DNA of 64,000 bases, from assembly GCA_964016885.1 (NCBI GenBank), contig OZ024741.1, positions 116,436,001 to 116,500,000 on the forward strand. Direction: 5' to 3'. Shown one piece after another: positions 14,306 through 27,417 of the stretch. A model generated the notes under the pieces. The model did not search any database, was not told where the DNA came from, and saw only the letters and a list, made by a program, of their open reading frames with translations. This stretch comes from Eledone cirrhosa (lineage: Eukaryota). A program made the translations under genes and the position numbers. Within the stretch, counting starts at the first letter, position 1. Every line of letters starts with the position of its first letter.

Positions 14306-14665
14306 TTAATCAGCCAAAACCAAGAGCGATTTGTCCAGATGATTAATGAACCTGTTGACGAAGGCGGACAGCCTGGCAATGTGCAGGCTAGCCAGGCCTC
14401 TGGCCAAGTTGCTGCTGGCTTCAGTAGTAATGTAGGCAGTGGAGGAGTTACTGGTGTAGGTACTGGTGTTGGCACTGGTGTAGGCACTGGTGGTGGTGGT
14501 GGTGGTGGTGGCGGTGGCGGCGGCGGCGGCGGCGGCGGAGGTGGTGGTGGCGGCGGCGGCGGCGGCGGCGGAGGTGGTGGTAACACTGCTGGAGGCCAGG
14601 GTTTACAAATCGGCCCTGGAGCATTTATTCAAGTTACCCCTCAGGAAAAAGATGCAATTGAAAGT
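14306..14665 (+). CDS. RAD23: RAD23 exon: end of XPC-binding domain, poly-Gly linker, start of UBA2
   Basis: tccAG|tta...agt|GTaagt; LISQNQERFVQMINEP...G31...FIQVTPQEKDAIES. Confidence 0.93.
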
Positions 14666-15458
14666 GTAAGTATTAATGTATTTCATCGTCATCATTTTCT
14701 ATACTTGCATGAGTTAGATGAGTTGTCATGTTCTTAGGCTAGACAAGCCAGTGTTTTGTTTTGCTCATATGTTCTGTTTTGGTTTGGTTTGTACTGCTGG
14801 ATGTTCTTCTCAGTGCCAACCACGTTAAGTGTGTACTGAGAGCATTTAAACTGTTTTTAGATATCAGTACATTTCCTGCAAAAATGATCTCCCTTTAATG
14901 TTTAATTTCACTAGTATTTCACCAATATTGCTGAGATCTTATGTGTTGTATGAACTTAGTCAAAATTAGTCTTATTTGTTTTGTTGAGTCCTCTTATTCA
15001 TATTTTTAATGATTTTATTCAAGTTATTTTCTACAATTCCTTCCTAGCACCGAGTATACTTACTGCCACAATAAAATGCACCTAGTAAACTCTGTAAAGT
15101 GTTTGGCAATTTGAATGGCATCCAGCTGTAGAAACCATTCCAAAATTGAACGTATGAGCCTGATGTAGTTCTCAGGCTCATCTAGTCTCAGAATGTGATG
15201 AGTTGTCCAACCCATACCAATATGGAAAAGGGCGTAAAATGAGACGATGATAGCTGCTTGTGTGTATGTAATATGGTTAGTTTAATATGTATACATTCGT
15301 GTTTTGAAGTTGTTTGTAGCTATGATCAGAATATATTCCAAGCTAGAGCTTTTCAAATTATTCACATTAGCATTACAATAACACCAAGCCTTTTAAGGAC
15401 AGTTTTCTTTCTATAACAGCAATTAGCATTGTGGGTCTCCTGACAGGCATTATACTCA

Positions 15459-15965
15459 CTAGCAGAAAAACCACCCTACGGGTGGTTTTCTGTTAGCATG
15501 TGTAGTGTGTATATTGATATTATACACAAATATATCTATGCATGTAGATATGATACATCAAATAAAATCGTAATTGACAATATACACAGAAATTGAACGA
15601 AGTCTGTTACACTGTCTTCTGTAATCAGTAACGTAATCCATGATACATTTAAAAAAAGACGATATTATATATAAACTGCATTAGGAGAAAATTAGCGATG
15701 GAAATATATGCTATATTTTTTATAAGTGTTATAATATAATGGCTGCTAACCAGAAGTGTTGACATTGGAAAATTTTAAAGAAGTGAATTTTAAAGGTCTT
15801 TAAATAAGCTATAAAATATAATTTATCAACAGCCACGAAATTTAGCACGTAAATTATGTAATATTCATTCATTATTTATTCAAAGTAATCCAACTTATTT
15901 TACAAACGGGGTAAAAAAAATATTCTGGACGCAATCCCGCACTCCTTTCTTTATTATAGTTAAGA
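15459..15965 (-). mobile_element. Non-autonomous Helitron
   Basis: On the minus strand: A|TC start, subterminal hairpin AAAACCACCC-gta-GGGTGGTTTT, CTAG|T end, no TSD; closely similar copy at 35560-36039. Confidence 0.85.
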
Positions 15966-17287
15966 TTGTGGGAACATTTTTGAGGAGAAATGTTTTATTG
16001 CCAGGAGCCTTTCCTGACACCAACCCATTTAGGTATCACACAGGGATACAGTGTATATATATTCTAAACTTGATGCACACAGCTTACATTGATGGAACAC
16101 TTATTTTTAAAAAGAAATTTATTAGCAACAAACATTAAAATAAATGAAATTAATAGATAATTAAATATGATATTGTGTGTCACCAGTCACATGTCTAATT
16201 GTATGAAGATTACAAAATCTCAAATATATACTCAAACTGCCTAATATTATAAAAAATTGGTAAGATTTGACTAAATTTTGTGACACACCGAGTGATTATT
16301 GGCAACACACTAAAGTATCGTAACAGAGTTTGAAAACCTTGTCCTACTCTATAATGTTCCTAATATACTAGCATACAGCAAACTATAGATTAGTTCCTTT
16401 GGCGGTTAAATATCTTACAGAGCTACTGTTCACAATTGCATGTTGCTGTCATGCACTCATGCATAGATTTGTGCAGATGCATTGCACAGTATGAGTTGTT
16501 ATTCTTTCGTCTATTTTTCCATACTTTCACTGGCTGGATGAAGCCTAGAGCTTATATCTTAGTTTCTTGAACATTAAATGACTGGAAGTATAAGACAATT
16601 TCTGGACCAGACACCACTACATTGATGGGCTAACAGCTGTTTCTGATAGTAATTTTCAGCTGAGTGAACTGGAGCAATGTAAAATAAAGTTCCTTGCTCA
16701 AGGACAGATCATGTCATTCTGTCAAGGAATTAAATCCACAATCTTATGATTGGGAGCCTAACACACTACAATATCTTATAAAATTAGAAGAGATATCTTT
16801 AACTCTTTTGTTACCATATTCTGTATCCAGTTTAGAATAGGCACACCATATACCTGCATGTCAAAAGAAGTGACTAAAAGAGCTAGTGCCAGGAAGAGCA
16901 TCCGGCTGTAAAACATTGCCTCAGAAAATCCTGTTCAACTCATGTCAGCATGGAAGAATTGGTGTAAAAGCAATGATGACAGTGCCTATGATTTTAAAAT
17001 TATTTTGAAAATAATCAAGCAATTTAGAAGGATTTATTAATATACCTAACTTTCTGATAATTAACTCTGGTTCTTGCATAAAATTATGATAAAAGGCTTT
17101 TGGATAAACATTTTAAGACAAACAGCTATATACCATAAAACCAGGTATAGTTTGTTTTTGAAATAGTTAATTGCTCTAGTCATGTGATGTTAGTTCTGTT
17201 CCTCTTCTTCGTTTACCAGATTTGTTTCAATATTTTATTCTCTCTCTCTCTCTCTCTCTCTCTTTATTCGTTCTGTCTTTGGAACAG

Positions 17288-17413
17288 TTGAAGGCGTTAG
17301 GATTTCCTGAAGGAATGTGTATTCAAGCTTATTTTGCCTGTGAGAAGAATGAAGAGCTGGCTGCTAATTTTCTCTTGTCCCAAAATTTTGAGGAAGACGA
17401 GCAACAAAGTTGA
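17288..17413 (+). CDS. RAD23: RAD23 terminal coding exon, UBA2 domain
   Basis: aacAG|ttg; [41 protein letters not shown]. Confidence 0.96.
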   Translation: MKALGFPEGMCIQAYFACEKNEELAANFLLSQNFEEDEQQS

Positions 17414-17981
17414 TCTAGATGTTGATAAAAATGGACAATGACAATTGCTGCCCTCTTCACAGATTCCTACTGATGTATTCTGCTATATATATATATATAA
17501 TATATATAATATATATCCTTCTCCTGATGTAGGGTTCTAAATCCTATGTCAGTGCAGTTTGATAGGGGGAGGGGAGTAAGCAGCCAGTCAAATGATGACC
17601 AGCTGCCTGCTCATCCTTTTTTATGGCATCTTTTGTCAACTATTCAGATTTCTAAAGCAGTTTTTCAAAGGAAATTTCAAATATGCAGTAAAAAAAAATA
17701 TATATATAAAAGGAAAATTTAAAAGTTTAAAAAAATGAAAACAACAAAAAACCTGCAGTTCAAGCCATGAAGAAGATAAGACAGATTGCATAAAAGTGAT
17801 AATCTTTTTGAAGATTTAATAGAAATGATAAACTAAAGAATTTTAAAAAATCTCTCTCTCTTTCTTTTTCTTTTTCTCTCATTCCGTTTTATTATTTTTT
17901 TTTCCTTCCTTCTCTTGTTCTCTCACCGCAGTCTTTTTTGCCCACAAGTTAAATGTTTTTTTGTTTTTTTTTTTTCTATGA

Positions 17982-17992
17982 AATAAAATAAA
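17982..17992 (+). other. Candidate RAD23 polyadenylation signals
   Basis: Overlapping AATAAAATAAA about 570 nt after the stop; usage unverified. Confidence 0.3.
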
Positions 17993-19379
17993 AAGGGGAA
18001 GAAAATTTAATTGTGATGAGGAATTAAAGATATTTATAATGAAATAAATGATTTTGATGGTGGTGATAATGATGGTGGTGGTGGTGGTAATGATAGTAAT
18101 GTTGATGATGGTCTAGACTGAAACAAACAGAACTACTACTTCTGTATATTTTATTATATTGAAAGGTTTAGCTAAATTCTGTATGACCTCGTTGCAATTG
18201 AAAGCTGCATTGCTCTGTTTTGTTTGTATTTTTCTTGTTTTCTGTTTTTTGGGGTGACCCATTTTACTGTCTTCTCTTTGTTACAGGCAGTACTTGCCTT
18301 GGTTTAGTTTTCTTGGAGAGCAGCACGACACAAACTAGAATCTTTTCCATAATTCTTTGCTCTGGAAATTTATGATTTTGTTCTTTCTATATTTTTTTAT
18401 TTTGATATTTTTAAACAAATTTGTGTTGTTGTTTCAAGGAAGTTTGCTGGTGATCATAAGTGGATTCTTTGTTAAATACTCACCTATCAAGCAGATTCTC
18501 TCTCCTCCACCCCACATATACACACTTTCCTGAATAACTAATTTATTATGTTTTTTAGTCACTGTCAATCAGTGAGTGAGGTCAAAGACAAACTATAGTG
18601 AATCAGCTAAATATATATATATATATGGTGTTTGTGTTGGGTTTTGGTATGTCCTGACATTTGGATCTGTTATAACTGCTTCTCTGCCTATTTTATTCCA
18701 CAGACACCTGTAAAGATGGAATTAGATAATTGTAGTAGTGGTTCTACACTACACTAACTTGAACCACTAAACATTAGGTCCTACAAAAGTCTTAAAAGAT
18801 TTTATCTATTGGCTTTTTCTTTTAAAATGTCCTGAGTTGACTGCCAGTGAAAATTAAACATGTGAACTAAACTAAACAGCTGTATATCATGAAACAAAGA
18901 AGTTTCTAGAACATTTAAAAGGTTGGATTAGCATTACAGTTGCATTTTTAACCCTTTTGCTACTATGTATCTAATGAAAGCACTGCCTGTGATTTAGAAG
19001 AATTTAGTAAAATAACTTTCCTGTTTAGCTGGTGTTTGGAGCATAGCAAAGGTTGTTAAAATTATAATGGAAGTTTTTTTAAAGTTTTTTTTAAAAATAT
19101 ATTATTTTTTAAAAAGAAACAGCTTAGTAGCATAGGGCCAGAAGCACTTTCAAGTATTTTGGTATCAAAAGCACTTTCAAGTATTTTGGTATCAAAAGGA
19201 TTAAAGGGCTTCATATATTGGTCTGTAGTTTAAAATATCTTTGCTGAGGTAAATGAAACTAAACAGCTGTATTTGACAAGACCAAATTTTCTAGAATTAT
19301 TTACAGGTCAAGATGGTTAGCATTAGTATTGTTTTAAAAAGAAATGCAAAAATAAAAGGTAGCACTTAATAACCTCTTT

Positions 19380-21230
19380 ACTTTCTGAGTTCAAATCCTG
19401 TCTTAGTCAACTTTGCTTTTCATCCTGCCAGGATGAATAAAATAGATTACCATTAAAGTACTGAGGTCAATATAATCAACTAACATCTCCTCTTGAAATT
19501 TCTTGCCTTATGCCTAAACTAAAAACCAATATTATTAGGGGCAAAGGCACGCACATTGGCAGAATCATTAGGATGTCAGACAAAATGCTTTTGCAGCATT
19601 TAGTTACAGCTTTTTACATTCTGAGTTCAAACCTCACCTAAGTTAACTTTGGCTGTTTATCCTTTCAGGCTCAATATAATAAAGTACCAGTCAATTACTG
19701 GGGTTAGTATAATTGACTTTCCATCTTCCCATCCTTACCCTAGAATTTTTGGCCATGTGCTTAAATTTAGAAAATATTATTAAGCGCAGAGTTTGAGCTG
19801 AATCATTTGAGTGTTGGACAAAATGCCTTGTATTTGTTCCAACTCTTTGTTCAAATCCTGCCAAAGTCTTTCAACCTTCTAGAATTGGTAAAATACCAGT
19901 CAAGTACTGGTGTAAGAGAAGTGTGTAATGTAACTAATTACCCCCTCCCTCTAAATTGCTAGCCTTGTGCCTAAATTAGAAATCAATATTATTATTTACA
20001 CTTTTGGAAACAATGATACTTGTCTTTTGTTTTTTTTTTGATTTACACCGTCTCCTCAGTGTTCAGGATTAGGCGGGAAAGGATAAGCTTTTTTTTAAGA
20101 TATATCCCAGTAACTTATTTTGTTTCTAAAGTCAGTTAGCTCCTCAGTTAATTTGTTTCTTAGATTTAACATTTTTTCTGACTATATTTCTATTAAAATA
20201 CACTGATTCTAGTTATGAAAGAATTTGGATGCATTTACTAAAACTATTATTTCGTTATTAACTCTTAATGTCCTGTATCATATGAAACCTCATTAGCAAG
20301 ATATTCTTGAAAAGTACAAAACAACACTGTGGCTGCATCAGATTAGTCTTTAGTTTACTATAAATTTTCACAATGATCTGTTCACTAGTAAGGATAATAT
20401 AAATATTTGATTTAACAAACTTGTTTTTAGATATTTTCTGCTAAATCATTACAGGATGTTAAGAATTAAGATTGTATTTGTAATAAATAATTCTTATATA
20501 AATTAGTGTTGGAAGGTTTTGATTTAAATAGGAACCCTTTAAAATGGGTGGTTTTGTTTCAGAAAACCAGAAACAGTTTTGTGTGGATTAATATCAATAG
20601 GGTAAAAGCATTTCACTTTTATTTTTGTGCTAGGTGATTCAGAGCAGGTTCCCACTCTCCCTACCTCTCTGACTAATATATATTTTGTGTTTTTTTTTTT
20701 ATTGTCTATTGCTCTTATCAAATCCCACCGAGGTCAACTTTGCCTTTCATCCTTCCCGGTACAAGAAAGTACCAGTCAAGTACTGGGGTCTGTATAATCG
20801 ACTTTCTCCCTTTCCCTCAAATTGTTGGCCTTGTGCTTAAATTAGAAATCATTATCATCAAATCCTGCCAAGGTCAATTTTGCCTTTCATCCTTTTGAGG
20901 TCAAAAAAAAAAAGTACCAGTTCAGTACTGGGGTTAAATTAATCCACTTTCCTTTAAAAAAAAACTGCTGGCCTTGTGCCTAAATTAGAAACCCTTATTA
21001 TTATCATAAGAGTAGTCGATTTACTGAATGGTTAGGGCATCAGACAAAATGCTTTGTGGCATTTGTTCCAGCTCTTGATTTGAAATCCCATCGAGGTCAA
21101 CTTTGCTTTTCATTCTTCCCTGGTTTTAAAATAAAATAAAATAACCAGTCAAGTACTGTGGATTGATATAATCAACTTACTCCTCCCCACAAACTTCTGA
21201 CATTGTGCTTAAATTAGAACCTATTATTAA
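19380..21230 (+). repeat. Cluster of about six same-orientation SINE copies
   Basis: Repeated ...GTTCAAATCC...CTTTGCCTTTCATCC...GTACCAGT...GCCTTGTGCCTAAATTAGAAA units. Confidence 0.8.
20258..20469. mobile_element. TTAA-flanked MITE family C (second copy about 42576-42790)
   Basis: TTAACTCTTAATGTCCTGTA ... TACAGGATGTTAAGAATTAA ends; interior shared with the 42.6-kb copy. Confidence 0.7.
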
Positions 21231-21752
21231 TATTTTTGTTTTTGTTTAACGTTTCTCTGATGATTTTAGTCAGCTACATTTAAAACAGTTAACTTAGAAA
21301 ATTGAAATAAATACTTTTGATAGTTCTTGTATTTGTACAATGTGTATGTCTGACTTTTGTTTGTGTTTCTAGAAAGTGGACAAAAGGATGGAGTGTTGGG
21401 CTTTACTTTCATGTGGATCTACATTCTCTTTTTATGTATAGACATTTCTCGACCTTGTTAGCCTTTATAAAAACTTAACAAAAAAAATATTTCATTAATA
21501 ACAACCACAATGGTGATGATGCTGATGATATTGTTGAAACTCAACTAGAAGAAAAGATTTTTTTTTTTTAAATTGTGATGTCGTTTAAATGAAACCATTT
21601 CTGCCTTTTGTATTTTAAATACTGGTTGATAAAGGAATTTGTTTTATGCAGTAGTTTTATGTGAATGGAGTGTTGTGCTGGCTGGCATATTTTTGCGTTT
21701 CTCTCCTATGTGTATGTTTCTATTTATTTCACATCTCAAACACACACACATA

Positions 21753-21785
<33 letters not shown>

Positions 21786-24120
21786 TATTTCCTTGCTTCT
21801 TTAGTGATATCTGTTGAGATATTTAAATAGCAAATTTAGGAAAGGTAAAACATTAACATTTTTAATGAAAGGCATTGCTTATGATTTTCAATCAATTTTG
21901 AAAATAATTAAGAAATTTGATGATTTTAGTAAAATAACTTTCTCATTATTAAAATGTTATTAGGGCATAACTTAAAGGCTAAAACAAAATTTTGATGGAA
22001 GATTTTTACATAAATATACATGCATTAACCATTTCATTATATTTCTCTTGTTACAGCCCATGATTTTCAATTCATTTTTAACAGTCAAAATTTGGATGGA
22101 TTTAGTAAACTAATCTTGTCATTGTTAAGGTGATGTTTGGAGCATAACAAAAGGTTCTTACATAAAATTATGATGGAAGGTTTAAAATTAGATCTGTATT
22201 ATAGAACCATGAGCAATTTCAGGTGGTTTGGTACCAAAAATGTTAAATATAAAATGTCTGAGATAATGAAGCATCTTTGTTGAAAACTTGCTTTTTCTGT
22301 ATTGCCCCAGTTAGGAAATGAGATGTTTACCTTTGTAGATGTCTCTTATGCGCTCTCTCTCTCTCAAAAAGTATTAGAAATATACATTCCAAATGTTAAC
22401 ATTACTCTCTCTCACTGTTGGTTCCAGCCAGCTGTTTCAGTAGTTGAGTCCTTGGCTCTCTGTTAAAGTGACCCCTTTCATGAAAGTAGGGTGTTTCAGT
22501 AGATAAGATTTTAGCAGCTTGTTCAAGTCCATGGTAGATAAGGACGTGTAATTTAGGTGGTTGAAATTTCTGAAAATTTAACTTGTAACGTTTTGTTACA
22601 AGTTATACATTGTTTCTCTTGTTAGAGAAATTGAAGCTCTATAGATATGTTAAAAATTTTTAAATGATCCGATTAACTTAGCTGGAATCAACAGGTCTTG
22701 TATTAAACAGTTCAACTCTCATGATGTCTATATATCTAATTTACTCCCTCCCCTTCCTCTCCAATTTCTATTACAAACTTACTAAAATTAACTCTTTTGT
22801 TATCTTATTTCTAATGAGAGACTCTGCCTATGATTTTCAAATCAGATCATTTTGAAAATATTACAAATGTTGAGAGATTAATATAACTGACTTTTCCATT
22901 ATTAAGCTTGTGTTTGGAACATAATGTAATTTTTTTTTTACAAAGCTATGACAGGTTTTTTATCTATGAACTCTAGAATATACAGTTCTGTATAATAGAA
23001 CCAGGCTCCTGGCCCATCCAAGAGGCCAGTAGCTCCACATGACTACTGACTGTCTGTAACAACTCATCCAAACCTTGCTTACAAGGAAAATGGAGTTAAA
23101 TGATGACATAGATATGAGAGAGAGAGTAATCAACTAAGTGTTAGAAAAAGTTTGAAATATAAGAAAACAAAAAAGCATAATTTACATTGGTGAGATCTGC
23201 TTCTTTCTACTATTACAATTAATTTACTCTGATTTCTAGTTATTATTTCTTGTGATGATGACTGTTTAGGAAGTTATTTTAAGTTTAATCCCCTACCAAA
23301 AAAATTTATGACACCTAAGGTTTTAATGGTTCAAAATCTTTTAATAAACGAAAGAGTTGAAGAGAATATTTTAAATTTCTGTGTGAGTGTTTGTGCATTG
23401 CTGTTTATTTTTTTTTATTTTAACACATTCCGTTTCATTTTTAAATAATTTCTTTTGATAAAGAACATGACCAGTTTTCATACAAGGAGTAAGTTCATTC
23501 AGTTACTGCCAATGTATACATATGCCATCACCCATCTTTGTTGTTATTCCTCTCCCTCTCTTTCTCACACACACATGCCTATTATAGTCTCCTGTAACTC
23601 ATTCTGTTTCACTATTCAATCTTAGCAACTGAGATGTAGCTGCCTATAACTGACTCTCTTCCATTACTACCTCGTTTGTCACCATCTTACCTCAGTTGTT
23701 CTGCTTCTGCCATCATAATTTATCTTATTTTCACTTGCTCAGTTATGTTGCCTTGACCAAATAGAGAAGGACTCTAGTTTTTTCAGGGAGAAAGCAGCCT
23801 CACTTGCTGATGATGCTATAAAGTATATATATATTGTTTTATTTCGTAGTAGTTATATAAACATACAGAAAAAGAGTGCAGCACTGGATAGGACTACGAA
23901 TGCTATAAAGGAGGGGGAGAGGGTAACAAACTACATTTAGGCCAGGGCGGTGTTCTGGCTGTATCCTGATGGCAAAATGCACTCGATTTACAGTATTTAG
24001 TGGTTGGCTTTAGAAAGTACAACGAACCATAGAAATCATGCCAAAATGGCAGTAATACCAAATAAGAACCAACTCAGACCATAACAGTTCTTCAAACCAT
24101 GCCAGTATGGATGTGGGCAT

Positions 24121-24165
<45 letters not shown>

Positions 24166-27100
24166 CATTTTACTTGTTTTCCATGCTGGCATGAATTCTC
24201 GGGGTCTTAGTTCAGACGAGATGAGTCAGAGAACTACATCTTAAATACATTCCATGCTGGCATGGGGTTTATGGCTGGACGCCCCCCGCCCCCTTTAAAT
24301 TGTAGCATCAGCATTACTGTTTACAGTGCGTGCATATATATATATATGTGTCTAGAAGAGGGGCAGTGTCCATGACCTTTGCAGGCCCTATGAGGTTTAA
24401 GCAGCTTCAACAACTATCTTAAAGTTGATGTTTGTAAGTAAGGAACAATTTGATGGTAGGGCATGGTAAAAAAGTTTCATGAGTCTCTAGAATGGTATGT
24501 ACTTCATATTATCCAGAGAAGCAGATTTCACTACAAAATTGATAGCTTTCTCATTTAACTCTGTTGCCAAACTGCCATTCTATTATGCAGGACTAAATTA
24601 TAAAGTAGTTTTTTTGCAGATAGTTTATCAAAACAGTTGAGGTGGAGAGTTGCCATTAAAGCTAGATTTAACTTCAAATACCCAGCTACACAGTACAAGG
24701 AAACATGTGGTAACTTGATCTAAAAACAATAGCCAAACTTTTCTACATATATTAATTCAGCTGTACATAAGTCTGAAATGACAGGATGGTCACAACTTAA
24801 CTGATGTTAAGGTAGTGTTCTCAATATAAATAACATGAAAATCTCATAGACTCAATATTATGTAAGATAAAGCCTTTACCACGAAAATACAATAGTTTAT
24901 ATAGAGTAATGAAAATGCTAAAGAGTTAAGCTTAGACTGTGCAGAGCAGGATAAGATACTGCAAAGTAGCCTAATGAACTCTAACAATTCCACCAGTCAT
25001 TGGTACTTTATCAATTCCGAAAGAATGAAAGGCTAAGTTGACCTTGGTGAGATTTGAAGTTAGAATGCTGCCAGAACAAATACCCCCAATATTTAATCTG
25101 ATGTTCTAACAGCTCTTACAATTGAATTCATATGTTGAATTTAAAGCAATTATATTGTGGAAGAGTAATTTTAGCCATTAAAGAAAATAAATATAAAAGC
25201 TGTAAAATGGTAGTGCTGGAACCACAATAAAATGCACCCCGTTGACCTAGTAGTGTTGGTACCATGATAAAAAAATCACTTGGATCACACTGGAAAGTGG
25301 TAGCGCTGATGCCATAATGTGATTGATATTAGGAAGAGCATTTAGTCATTGAAACTAAACTAAAATATGGAACAAGATGTGGTCTGACCTGTCTATCTTT
25401 AGAATGTGGCAACCTATCTAAGCCATGGAAGATAGATGTAAGACTGGTGATGATGCAAAATTTTCATCTCACTGTGGGTGACCTGAATTGTTACAACAAA
25501 AGATTTGACAAATATATGTACAGTGAGTTTTTTTTAAGGCTACAATGATGAATTTCACAATATAATTGACATATTTTTAATAAATTTATTTTTTGCTACC
25601 TGGTGGAACAAGCTCAAAAAACTGCGTGAAACCTTGGGCAAGTGTCTTCTATTATGGCCTTGCGAATGGAATTTGGAAGACGGAAGCTGTAGTGCCTATG
25701 TTTGTTTATGTCCAGTAATCTAGCACTGACAAATAGAGATCGATTGAAAAAGCCAATACCAGGGTTAGTATAATCCAGCTGTCCACTGAAACCAGTAAAA
25801 GAATTTTTCTAGAATAGAAGTAAGGGCGACAACTCAAACAAAATGACACTAAATTTTATATTTTCTGAGTTGTCTGAATGTTGAATTTTAAATTACAGCA
25901 GTGTTTCAATGACAGCTACGCCCTTCCTCATACATATGCAGAAAAAGGTTAGCAGAACGTCTCCCCACCAGAGTAAATGCAGTGACTTCCCCAAGAAGCA
26001 TATTCTCCAGTCAAGGATGACAAAAAGGGCAACACAAAAGAAAGATGGGTTGGACAAGTGAAACTAACAAGAACTCAAGCTAAAATAACAGCATCACAGA
26101 GTAGCAACAACAACCATTGAATGAAACTCAACTACATAGGGTGTAGAGCAAACGAACACAAAGGCATCTTTGTAGCATGTGATGACATGGTAGTGTACCC
26201 CAGTTTACATATTACAATTCTACAAATTGATGCTATCTTCTAAATAGTTTACCATCATATGACATCAGTTAACAGAATTTCTTCGGTTTCACAGCTCCCA
26301 TCTATGATTTCTTCCTGTATCGAATACCAGTGTATTACTGGTAAAATTTTCAAATTTGGCTAGTTGATGTTTGTTACCCTTTCCCCAAATTATGGGGATC
26401 AGCATTTCCATGTAGGCATTGGTTGAAAGGGCCATTTTGAGGCAGTGTTTCACGGCTAAATTCTCTTCCTACAACATGGGATATGGTGTGTACCTTAAAA
26501 CATACAAATATTCCTGTTCAGAGACAACAAAATGTAACTGATATGAACTTACATTTTATGATTTGGTATAATGATTTCTGATTTAGGCACAGGACCACCA
26601 ATTTTTGGAGTAGAGGAAAGTCGATTAAATCAACGATGTAAGGATGAAACGCAAAGCTAACCTTGGAGGGATTTGAACTTACAACGTAAAGGGGTGTAAC
26701 TATATGCAGCAAAGGATGTTACCTGATGCTCCTAATCCACTGCATAATTTGGTGCAATGAATACATGGAAAAACAAATGTAAAAATATGATGAGGATGAC
26801 TATATTATCCATTCAGTCATGTTTATCAGACAACAAAAAGCAAAAGCAATCACAAGGTTACAGTTAAAGCTAATTACATTTTCAAGGTAAGGTTGACAGT
26901 GGTGGGATTTGAACTCAGTGCATTAAGAACAGGAGTCAATACTGCAAAATATTCTAGCCTATGATTTAACAACTCTGCTAACTAATAGCTGCATATACAT
27001 ATTACAAGGGGGTAAAATCCAGAATACGTGAAAACTGTCAGTCAATGATCTACATCCTAAGAGGACTTGAAGACTTATTACTGAAAGTCTTTGAAAAATA

Positions 27101-27417
27101 TTTTAAGTGTTCCAGCATGGCCACAGCTATTTATCTATCTATACCTACCTAGCAAGCTAAGTAACTAGCTATCTAACACTAATCCAGGAAAAAAAGTTGA
27201 TTGCGAGCATCTTTGGGGTCACTTTTTAAGTTAGGGAAGATAGACATTACATTTTAAAGATTTTAAGTTAGAGAGAGAATCACATACAATACAATGTCAC
27301 AGCACACCACACTACACCAAACCAGATTATACCATACCCAGTAAATTTATTAACATTGTTAATATGCTAAAAAAAATAGTCAATTGCGAGCATCTTGGAG
27401 GTCAGATTAGTTGATAG

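Noticed and set aside
14203-14586. Poly-proline ORF on the minus strand
   Set aside because: Antisense shadow of the RAD23 poly-Gly exon
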